Assembly (NCBI GenBank): GCA_963575745.1
Contig: CAUYUJ010000225.1
Location: 62,001-126,000 of the forward strand
Length of the DNA stretch: 64,000 bases
Origin: Prorocentrum cordatum
Taxonomy: Eukaryota
Direction of reading: 5' to 3'
Shown: positions 12,961 to 23,980 of the stretch, piece after piece
Layout: the number at the start of each line of letters is the position of its first letter
How positions within the stretch are numbered: the stretch's first letter is position 1
Made by a program: the position numbers and the translations under genes
Notes under the pieces: generated by a model
Told to the model about the DNA's origin: nothing
Seen by the model: the letters and a program-made list of their open reading frames with translations, nothing else
Database searches by the model: none

Positions 12961-13411
12961 AAGGAATGCCGGGACGTTGGGGAAGCGCACGGGGAAAAAC
13001 ATAATCCAAAGCGTTGGTAGCAGGAAGCTTTGGAAACCCATTGGAACAAACAAAGAACACACACACAACATCCACAACGAATGCGAGGTTTCCCTTCGGG
13101 TGTTTTCCTTCGGACGGGTGTCCCTGGGAATGTGTTTTTGGGCCCATGGGTTTCCTAAAGTTTCTGCCTCTAGCACGGCAGTTGCTTCGTTTGTTGTATG
13201 TGTGTGCCTTGTGTGTTTGTGGCTTCCCACCGCCAGCATACACGATGCATGTGTACATCGCCCACACGGCGACGACGGCGACTGCGGCGACGACAGCAAC
13301 GACGAAGACGACGAAGACGACGCTGATGGCGACAACGACGACGACGACGACGACAACGATGAGCGGAGCGCTTTCGGCCCGCCCCCCGCTAGGCCCGTAT
13401 ACCCACACACA

Positions 13412-13450
<39 letters not shown>

Positions 13451-13719
13451 TCGTACGCACCTCTCCGAGGGAGTAGAGCTCAAAGCCGATTAATTGAAGG
13501 CGGCGTCCGCGATTTTTCTGGCCGTTTCGCTGGGGGCATCTTCGAAATTCTGAAAATCGGTGGCACCCATCACGCAGATCGCGACGGAAGGGTCCAAAAA
13601 CACATGGGGATTTCAACATTCGAACATAAAATCTTCAAAAACACATTGTATTTTCAATGATTTTGACCCTGGTCCTCAGAGAATGGCGATTTCGCCTGAG
13701 ACATCCTCCCAAAATCGAG

Positions 13720-14138
13720 CCCCCACGTACCTTCTGGTACCCCAGACCCCACCTCGGAGTTTCTTGACAGCCTCCTCGAAACTCCTGGGGTTTTCTGTGC
13801 CTTCTGGTACCCCAGACCCCGCCTCGGAGCCTCCTGGGGGTCTCCTGGAACCGCCTGGGGCCTCCTGCGGCCTCCTGGAGCCTCTTGGGGTCTCTTGGAG
13901 CCCCCTGGGGCCTTGTGGGGCGTCCTGAAGCCGCCTGGGGCCTCCTTGGGCCTGATAACTACATGCGCACGCAGAGACACAAATCACACCCAACACATCA
14001 CACGCTAGACAAAAATAACACACACACACACACACGCACACACACACACAGACACACAGACACACAGACACACATACACACACACAACACCTGCAACGCA
14101 CAGAAAACACGCACAACACAGAGCACACATCACGCACA
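13720..14138. repeat. CCTCCTGG/GGGGCC minisatellite followed by (CA)n
   Basis: Visible short repeats. Similar sequence resumes at ~22380-22480. Confidence 0.7.
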
Positions 14139-15399
14139 TTTTTTTGTCTGCGGGGCGAGAGCGAAACTCCTCTGCTAAAAGCTAGGCGGGCGACGCGCAG
14201 CTTTAATCAAGGAGACAGGGCACAGGAAGGCGGGGCTTCAGGTGGCCAGAGCAGGTGGAGCCCGGGATGCAGGCGGTGCCGAAGAGCTTGCGCGGGAAGA
14301 AATACGCCGCTGACGAGAACCGGGGGCGAAAACCCGGAAGGCGAAATAGATGGTGTAGCAGTCAGCGGCGCGTCGCGAGCACCAACATCAAGCACAGCGG
14401 GGGAGGACGCGCCACTTGACCAGGTCGACGCCCAGGAAGGAGAAGAACACCAAGAATGCGATGAGCAACGTTGTGCCACCGGATGATGCGGAGGAGGCCC
14501 AGGAAAAAGAAGAACACCACGAAGGCGAGGTGCATCGTTGTGCCACCGGGTGATGTGGAAGAAGCCCTGGGTGGTAGTCCAATCCACGACAAGGTAGTAG
14601 CCTGCTTGAGGTGCGGCCACGGACGAGGGGGCCGTACATGACCGACAGGGTGTCGGTGGAGTGCAGGGAGAAAACCAGCCCTGCACCGTCAGCGCGTGGA
14701 GACGGGCAGCAACCACACACGATGCACTGACATCTGCATGCCGAGGGCCGGGCCTGAGCCGCGCAGCGCCATGGCGAGCGGGGCCGCCGAGGCGGCAAGG
14801 TGCAGCGCCCAGCACCGGGCCGAAGCCGCGCAGCGCCGGGCGCTGCCGCCATGGGAGGGTGGGAAGGGAGCGGGGGGGGAAGAAGCCAACAGGGAGGAGA
14901 AAGGCCGGCGCGCCACGCCAGCCGTCGTCGTGCCAGCCCGCGCCGTAAGTGCTCACGTGGGGGGACTGGGTCCCGATGGGTACAGGTAGGACACACGGTC
15001 CCAGAACATGTTAAAGACAGGTGAAGGGGGGGGAGCAGGTACAGTCGGAGACCAGGCGGATCAGCAAGCGGTCGCTGCGCGTGGGCCGTGCACGTCACAA
15101 GTGCTGCGGGGGTACTGGTAGGGGGGGAAAGGAAGACACGCGCTCCCAAGTCAGGTGAATAGGGTGGGGGAAGGGAGCACAGATGGTGGGGGTGGCCAGT
15201 GGTGGGTAGGACCTTGACCTTGCCGCAAGTTGCGGGAGCGTAGGAAGGCAGTCGCGTCGCGCGAGCAGGGGGACACACGGTCCCAAGCCAGGTGAAGAGG
15301 GAGGGGGAAGGGGGAACAGGTGGTGGGCGTGGCCAGCAGTGGGTAGGACCAGGACTTGGCGCACGTTGCTGGGAGCATGGAAGCGCCCGCGGCGTGCTG

Positions 15400-18300
15400 T
15401 GTCAGCAAGGGGAGGCCCGGTCGCCGGCTGGGCAGCGCCTAGTGCGCTTTCCGGTCCAGTTGTCGTTGTACCCAGAGCTGCGTGCCCGGTCGTCTCCGCG
15501 CCCATCACCTTTGGCGACCTTTCTTTTCCTCTGGGCGCCCTGGCACAGAGCCTTCTCACGATCCCTGTCCACGTGGACGCCGGTGTTGCGAGACCACGCC
15601 TCCACGTGATGGTTGCCGGTGTCCATGTCTTCCAGGAATTTGTCGATTATCCAGCGTTGCCAGCGGTTCGGGTCGAAAGCGACCTGGTCTTTGGATTTGC
15701 CCTTGCCCTGCTCCTTACACATATGCCTGCGCCACGAGTGCCAGGCTGCGTTGAAGTGGTATCATCCTTCTGCCTGCAGGCGTGTGATTCATGTCTCGTG
15801 TGGGCGGCGCTGCCAGCCGACGCGGAAGATTGTCCCTGGGCGGCTGGGGTCAGGGTGGTGGCGGTCATCCCTGTGGTAAGAGCTGCGCGGTTCTGGCTGG
15901 CGCCAGGGGGTGCTCCCTGTGCCCCTGCCACTGTCGTGGTCCTGATCCCAGTAGCGCTCCCTGGTTATGTCCCAGTCGTTGGCGTCGTGCTTGCGCCACG
16001 GTGCCCCCGCTGCGCCCTTGTTGCGGTCGCGGTCGCGGTCGCGGTCGCCCTCCCCAGCGCGGGTCGGGTCGCTAGTCTCTCTGGACGCGCGCCTTGCCGC
16101 AGTCTCGCACGACTCTCAGGCGACTGGCTCCCGCGCCCTGCCGCGCAAGTGCTCTAGCTCGTGCGCAGGGAGGGGGGTGAGTGCTGGGCGTCGGTCTTCC
16201 GGGCCTTTGGACCTGGTCCGCGCGCGCAGCGCCCGGCTGTCGGCAGCGGCCGCCAGGAGCGCGCCGGCAGGCTGGGTCTGGTAGGTACTGCTTGAATCGC
16301 GCTCGGGACTGCTGCGTCGTTCGCCACGAGGACTCGTCTTGGCTTGGCCCTCCTCGACTGTGTCGGAGTCTGAGGATGAGGAGACCGTGTGGACCGTGCT
16401 TAGGGCCTCTGCGAGGCTCAGCTTCTTCTCTTGTTCCTGGTCGTCGTTGGTCAAGTCGGGGTCCTCCTCCTTAGGGGGCACAAGGGGCGCAGGTTCGTAG
16501 GTGGGATCTTGTGTGTCTGCACGCGGCGCGCAAGGTTCGAGCTTGGAGTCGGCCTGCGCCCTTCTGGGGACGTCACTTTGTCGCCCCCGATGTCGGCGCC
16601 GAGCCTGGGACTGGCGGGGGCCGCTGGTGCCTGCGCCCCGTGCACCTCGCTGTGGGTTCTGCCCAGGAAGGCTGCTGCCCGGGGCGCTGCGTCTCCGCGG
16701 AGGACGTTCGCGCGTAGCGTCCTGGCACTGGTGCCCCATGCGTCCAGCCACTCGCTGCCGATCTGGACGAACAGGGTCCGCCCGTCCTGTTCGCGGGCCA
16801 AGACGTTGAGGACAGGTCCGAATACCGCTCCGTCCAGGGGCCGCGTCGACAGGGGCTCGTTGCTCTCCGCCGTGCTGAACCATCTGGCGCGGGGGCGGTG
16901 TCGCCCCTGATGACCGCGTAGTCGCCGCCCTGGATGCACGGGCTGCCCGTTGCGAGCGGGCAACAGGAGCCCGTGATGGGCGTGTCCGGGACTCGCCCTT
17001 GCTGCCGCTCGCGGCTGCTGGGTTCCGCGCACTTTCCGGGGGGTTCACCGCGCCGACGGCCGGTGGCGCCCCGACGGACTTGGTAGCTGTAGGTCTTGTG
17101 GCGGGCGGGGCCAGCGCCGGCTGGTCGCCGCGCGGAGTGGGCGGGAGTGAGTCGCCACCGTGAGTGGGCGGGCAGGGTGTCAGGCGCCTTTCCTTGGCGG
17201 GTCTTGGGCACTCAGCCTGGTTGGAGGCGTGGTCGGGGCGCGCGCCCGCTCGGGGGGCGGTGTGCTGCCGGGGCTCGCTGCTGGACGTGTGCCCGGTGGT
17301 TGGCTGGGCTGAAGCCGTGGCGCTGGGGTCTGCGTGCCTGGCCCCACGGCTGCGCGCCTCCTCGTCACCTTCGTCCCTGATCTGTGCCGCCACTTTCGCG
17401 TGCGTCTCCCCGTCCGCCGGCTGCCGCTCCCAGGCGAGGTGTTGCCGCTTGTCCTTGGGAGGTGGCGGGAGTGAGTTGTGGAGGCGCTCGTGGTAGATGC
17501 GCGCCTCCTCGTCCCAGGCAGCAGCACGTCGCTGCACTTCCTCCTGGTTGGGGCGTGCTGCGACTTCTGGCGACGAGGCGGGGATGCCCGGTAGTCTGGC
17601 TCCAACGCCAGGGTACACGTCAGGGCCATACCTTTCGAGTGCCTGCTTCACTGCTGACGGGGCCATGTCCCATTGGTGGGCCAAGCACCCCTTGCAGCAC
17701 CAGCCCGCGTGCCAGCGCTTTGCCAGGAACGTCTCCCTCATTAGTTGCATGGGTGGGAGCCCGTGGACCAGGCCAAAGCCGGCGCGGAGTCCTCCTGTGT
17801 CAGCGGCGTGCCCATGCATGCCAGGGTAAGCCTGCCCTGGTCCCCATTCGTGCCCCTCTATGCCCGGGGGGCAGCCGTCGCATCGCCAGATGCCGACATT
17901 CTTCTCGTGGAAGTGGGAGATCAGGCGATCGTCATTCGCGTTGCTGGCTGGGGGGGTGGTTCCAACATTAAGAGAACTCAGGTCGCCTTCCAGCGGGGCC
18001 AGCAGCTGGTCCAGGGGTGTTGGGGCCGTGGGTGTTCACGTCGGACACAGTCCCGGCAGGGCGCGCGTTGTGCGCACAGGCATGTCGTCGGGGCGGTCGT
18101 TGATCCAGTCCTTGAAGTCCACGTCGTCTGGAATGGGCTGTCGCTCTGCCATGGCCTTCGTGGTCCAGCAGAAGATGCGCAGCAGGGTGGGGTCCCTTCC
18201 TTGGTAGTACTCCGTCAGCCTGTTGACCGTGCTGGTTTGGCGGATCCGCTTGCTGACGTAGGCGCCTTTGTCGTGCTTGAAAGGGCCGCGTAGGCGCCCT

Positions 18301-21300
18301 TGGCAATAGAAATCGGCCTTGTTCTGCTCCTTCGCCCACCGGGTCTCGGTCGTCGATCCGCGGGGGCCCTAGCGTCACTCCAGGGCGTGGCCCGGGCGGG
18401 GCGGGCGCGTCCAGGTGCAGGCGCGTGTGTGAATGCCGTCCACCTATCCAGGTGACGCTGCTTGTCTGCTTAGTCGGGTCGTCGGCGGGGCATGGCGAGG
18501 CCGATGTCGGACCCAAGCGCGCCAACGTAGAGTGCGCATGCGGCGCGCTCCTGGAACGCCAGGGCTGACAGGTCGGCGGTAGACGCGGTGCCTTCGATGA
18601 CCGCGAGGGTGGCCTGGAGTGGGAATTTCCTAGCCACGAAGTCCTTTCAGGCCGCGGGGCAGTTCGCACTCTCGGCCCGGGGGTGGCGGCGGGCGACCAT
18701 GACTAAGCGGGATACCGCGGTGATCAGGAGCTCCAGCGCCGAGTGCAGCTGCTTGAAGTGCTTCCACTGTAGTCCGAACGGTGCGCCTAGCTGGTCGCGA
18801 GCAGTCTGGTCGCGCGGGCGGTGCGGCTCGCACAAGCCAAGGATGGCCTCGATCACGTCTCCAATGCCCTCGGCGCCCCCGGACGGATACAGGCAGGTGC
18901 GCGATTCGCGTTGCATGGGCAGGGACAAGGCGAGGAGGATCCTGGCCTGGATGGCGCCCAGAGTCGCGCCGGTGCTGTCCAGGAGGCCGTTGAGAACTGT
19001 GGCCTGGCGCCCCTTCGGGCCCATGTCGCAGAAGGCTTGAAATACTGGCGGTGTGGGTGGCTCCTTGTGTCCTTGTGCCTTCGGCACTTGCAGGTGGATG
19101 GCTGCCAGCATTTGGGTCTGCGCCTGGGGGCGTCTGCGGGGATGCAGGCTTCCTTAACGTGCCACGCTGTCGGCATATTCGGTCGGTCCCTTCGGGGCGG
19201 GATCAGGCTGGGGCCGACTGCGCGTGCGTTGTCGTCGTCCGCGACTCCGAGTCCTATAGCCCACATGATGGTCGCGAAGACCGCCGCGTAGACCAAGTTG
19301 CCGGCGTCCAGTCCTACAAGTGCAGAGCAGAAAAAGAGGTACCCGTTCATGCTCCATCCTTCCCGTCCTGTAGGCCGGGGTCTGTTGGCTGATCCGAAAC
19401 GCCGTGCCGGTGCGGATGCAGCCCGAGGCACCATAGTAGGCAGGGTCCGAATGCTGGGCAGCCTGGTAGTCTCGCCGCTGCAGCGTTGACGTCGTCCTCC
19501 AGGTCCTTCCAGTTTTGGTCGGCAGGGAGCGGTAGGTCGGCGCGCGCCGAGAATCCAGCCTGTTGAGCCTGACGGGCCTCGATCACTTCCTTCTCCTTTC
19601 GTCTGCGTTCGGCTTCCGCCAACGGCCGGGCCTTCTCCTCTGGGTTGGCGGTCTCGGGGATGTCCTCCTCTAAAACCTTTGAGTCAGCCGTGGACTGGCG
19701 CGGGGATCCGCCCCGGTTGATGTGGAATTCGAAAGCGAGGTCTGCCTTCTGGGCCCAGGTGCTCAGGTGATGGAATGCAGCGTCTGTGGCCGTGCGGAAC
19801 ATCCTTGCGCCCGCGGTCATGATAAGGTTGCATTGTTGGCGCGTCAGCCCCACGTCGACGCGGTGCTGGTCGTCCACGTGGCCCCAATTAAGGATGGAGT
19901 TGGCCCGGGTGGTCATTCGGATGACGACGGAGGCCTCTTGCCCCTGGGCGGCGTCGATGGCGGCGACGCGGATCGCCTCGCTTTCCAGGAGGTCTGGAAA
20001 CAGGTTTGCGATGCCACTGAAGCGTTCGCTCAGGCCGTTTGCCGCCGTGGCGCGATTGATCTACGTCCCTCCTGTGGGCCCCTGCCCCGCCCCCGTTGGC
20101 GCAGGGGGCCGGGGCCGCCCGTGTTCGTCTCGGATCCTTCCCCTTGCGCCGCCCGCGAGCAGCGTCTGATGTCGTGGGCCGTGCAGTGGTTGCCTGCCAG
20201 CGCGGGGGTCAGCTGGAGCTTGTACGCCGACAGTGCGAGGATGGTGCTGTTGGTCCTTCTTACCCATGGTACGAGGGCCTTCACAAGGGCAACCACTGCG
20301 CGCGCTTCGTGGGTGTTGGCGCAGCCGCCCTAGATCGTGGACTGAACCTCTTGCGAGGGGATGTGAGCAAGTATGGAGCGATGCCGATCGTAGACGGCGC
20401 CGCCGATTCCCTTCGGGGCCATGCACGCTGCGTTGCTCTGGAATCCGCCTGCGGCGTCGATCAGGGAGTCGTCGGGCTCGTAGTTGCCGTCCTCGTTCCT
20501 TGCTGCTTCGTCTTCTTGGTCGGTCAACGGTCGTGCGAGTGGCCACCCCAGTCCTTCGGCGCATGGTCGCTGTAGCGTGGGGTCCAGGATGGCGGAAACC
20601 AGCCTGCCCCTGTGGAACGTGAGCGAAGGCCATGCGAGCAGGGGCGGATGGATCCGATAGCACCCCTCCAGAGTGACGCTGCACTCGGGGATGTTCCCTA
20701 TGGCTGCCACGTACTTGGCGAGAATGGACATTCCTAGCCCCCAGCGCAGTGCCTGCTGGGATTTGACCGTCGGGCACAGCTGCCGCTCGTCGCCGAAGAG
20801 GACCGTTCTGGCACCGCATCTGACAGCGTGGTTCAAGGACATGATGGCCATGGGCTCGGACGTTTGTCCTGCCTCGTCGAGGAGACATCTGGGGAACTTC
20901 TTGTCCCAGAGGTCGGCCCCCGCCTCGCGCGTGGCCAAACTAAATTTTGCCTCTGTCGCGACTCCCTCTCGGAACTTGCGGAACCAGCTCGCGTGCCCCG
21001 TGGTGACCTCGCCCTCCGATATGGCGTGCACATAGGCGTACTTGGCGGCGGGGGTGGTCGTGCCACGCTGCCCTTGACCTTGTCCTCATGTGCGAGTCGC
21101 GCGGCCATGCGCGGGAACGGGTCTTTGTTGGCTGGGTTCAGGTTCTTTCCAATTTGCTCTGCTGCCAGGTTGTCCATGGATCCGCCGGTGCCGCCAAAAC
21201 ACCCCACGCCCCGCCCTGGGGCGAGGCGCGACATGTAGGCGTCCGCCACGCAGGCCGCGACCTTGGTCTTCCCGGTTCCGGGAGGCCCGTGGCACAAGGG

Positions 21301-22300
21301 AAGGAGAGAGTTCTGGGTCGCAAGCACGCAGCGTCGTTGGGCGTCGCTGGCGCGGTGCAGGTTACAGATGTGCTCCAGGTGTTCCTCCTTAGGAGCCGGC
21401 AACAGTCGTTGTAAGACGCTCCCCGGGAAATCCTCCGCCTGCTGAGCCGTCAGTGCGGGTGTGCCCGTGCGCGGGTTGGCGCTGGGTTGGTCGGGGTCGT
21501 CGATAGCGCGCTCCAGTGTTACCGAGGCCTGCGCCAGCAAGAGATCTGCCGCTTCGCCCTGAGCCGGCGCGGCCCGGGCCCCGGCCTTGCCGTCGCAGTC
21601 CTCGCGCCGAAAAACGAACGCCCAAACGATGGGCGGGAGGGCAGTGCCCCAGAGGGCCGCCCTATCGCACCCGACTGAAAATAATTCCCGTATCGCCGCG
21701 TTGACCCTGTTGAATTGGGCCTTCCTCGGGGTGCGATCGACCGTGTAGTATTGTTGGCCCGGGCTTGGCGTTGGAACTGTGCCGTCGTTGTCGTGAAAGG
21801 GTCCGTTCCTCCTGGCGTTGTAGTGGGCCAGCGCGATTCCCGCGGGGCAGCTCCGGTCTGCGCCCGAGACCCCGGCGCCGGGGGCGGGAGGCCAGACGCG
21901 GGTCATCTCTGCCAAGAAACCCACCGTTGGCGAGGACTTGGAGATTAGGAAGGGGTTCGGGGTGCCTGCCGTCACGTCGCGCTCTGTCCACTCCATGGCC
22001 CACTTCGTGTCCCAAACCAGCAGGTAGTACTCGCTTTGGCCCTGTTGTTGTCCTTTGAGCCGCTCTTGCCGGTGGTGCCTACTCAGGATCTCCTGGCACT
22101 GCTCGTTCGGCTGGAAACAAGTGAGGATCTGCACGTTCTTGCTAGCGATGACTTGCCAGGACGTGGTGGAGCCGTCGTTGGGCGGCTCCACGTCCGCGTG
22201 GAACTCGGTGAAGAAGACCCTCCTTAGCAGCTAAAGAGCTCGGGCAAGGAGCTAAAGTTTAGTTCCTCGCCGTGTAGTTGCAGCCGTCGAGCCCAGTCGG
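15400..22300 (-). pseudogene. Large intronless decayed ORF (~2300 codons): Upf1/DNA2-like SF1 helicase, RNase III-like motif, CxxC region, RS/low-complexity tail
   Basis: Protein-like frames tile the interval through stops and frameshifts (20833-22191, 20330-21031, 20030-20296, 19347-19916, 18647-19111, manual 18360-17820, 16116-17819, 15402-15722). Confidence 0.7.
19800..21350 (-). pseudogene. Upf1-like (SF1B) helicase domain
   Basis: ASDAQ (Q motif), HGPPGTGKT (21265-21290), LLDEAGQ (~20864-20884), FGDERQLCP, CYRIHP, LSAYKLQ, SIDAAQGQEA (~19935-19960), RVDVGLTR. In-frame stop at 20330 and two frameshifts. Confidence 0.92.
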
Positions 22301-22929
22301 TCGGCGGCGGGACTGCCCCTGGGACTGGTCCTGGGCAGGGGCGCGCTGCCGAGCCGCTTGGGGGCCATGTACCAAGGGGCGCGCACATCACACGCACAAC
22401 ACTCACACTCCCGGGGCCTCCTGGGGCCTCTTTCGGTATCCAAGTCGGGCCTCCTCTGAGGTTTCCTGGGGGCCCCTGGCACGCGCGTCGCAGGGCGCGG
22501 CAACCCCACTTGCGCCCGAGCGCGACCTCGATCTGAGATTCTCCTGCGTTCACCTCCTGCCTCTTCCCCTCTCTCAAGCGCGCCCTGGCGGCGCCGCCCC
22601 AGCTTCTCCTTCTCCATCTCCGATCCTGCAGTCATGGTGTCTTCCTGCTTCAAACGCCCTTTCATTTTTTGATATGAACCTGGGCACACACGTGCCACTT
22701 GCATATATAGCTCGCCCCCCCCCCCCCCCCCCCGCGCCTCCAAACGACGGACTGGGTGGGTGGGTGGGGGGGGGGCATCCTCCGCATCTTCCTCCTCTCC
22801 CCATCCTCATCTCCTGATCTCCTCATCTTATCTCTTCTCCCCCCTCCTGCTCCATTGAGTCTAACTGACTTGCGAGCGCATGGGGCCTCCGACGAGCAAA
22901 CGCTGGGAGCGCGCGGCAGGGGCTGGCCT

Positions 22930-23819
22930 TGACAGCGCTGTGTTTTCCAGCTTGTCCAGCTTTTCCTAGAGACTGCCCCGGTGAAAAGCGCTGCGTTTTC
23001 CAACTCTTCCAGCTTTCATCGCAACGAAACCATTGAAAAACGCTGTGCTGTCCAGATTTTCGAGCTCCTCTCAGTTGAAAGACGTTGTATTTTCAAGCTT
23101 TCCAGCTTTTCCCAGAGATTGCCCCGTTGAAGAAGGTTGTGTTTACTAGCTTTTCCAACTTTTCCCAGAGACCCCCCCGTTGAAAAAAAACGCTGTGTTT
23201 TCCAGCTTTAGCAGGGCAATGCGCGGGAGAAGCTAGAAAAATCTCGAAAAGCAGGAACACACAGCGTTTTTCAATGGGGTAGTCTCTGGGAAAAACAGGA
23301 AAGGCAGGAACAGCTGGGCAATGCAACCTTTTCCCACGGGGTCGTCTCTGGGAAAAATGGAAAAGCAGGAGAAGCTGGAAAGCACAACGTTTTTCAATGG
23401 GGTCGTCTCTGGGAAAAAAGGGAAAAGCAGGACAAGCAGGAAGACACAGCGTTTTCCAATTGGGCAATCTCTGGGAAAAGCTTGACAAACTTGAAAGCAC
23501 AGCGTTTTTTTTCCAACATGGTAATATCTGGGGAAAGCTGGAAGAGCAGGAACAACAATGTGTTTCAATGGGGTATCTGGGAAACGCTGGAAAAGCAAAA
23601 TAAGCTGAAATCACACAGCGTTTTTCAGCGGGGTAGTCTCTGGGAAAAGCTGGAAAAGCAGGAAAAGCTTGAAACGCAAACGTTTTTCAATGCGGTAATC
23701 TCTGGGGGAGGCTGGGAAAACAAACGAAGCAGGAAAACGCAGGAGCATGAAACCATGGCGTTTTCAATGGTTTAGCTGTGGCGAAAGCTGGAGACGCTGG
23801 AGAAGCTGGAAAACATAAC

Positions 23820-23820
<1 letters not shown>
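22930..23820. repeat. Minisatellite (TTTTCCAGC / GCTGGAAAA) that switches orientation near 23210
   Basis: Units read ttttccagct..gaaaaacgctg before ~23210 and as the reverse complement after it. Followed by a long T run and a G run. Confidence 0.8.
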
Positions 23821-23879
<59 letters not shown>

Positions 23880-23980
23880 TGTGGGGGGGGGGGGGGGGGG
23901 GGGGGGGGGCTCATGGAAAAGCTGGGGAGGAGGAGGAGGAGGAGGGGGGGGAGGAGGAGGAGGAGGAGGATCGAGGCGGA

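Noticed and set aside
23820..23878. Poly(T) run as the LINE C poly(A) tail
   Set aside because: It lies about 100 bp outside the TSD, so it belongs to the flank.
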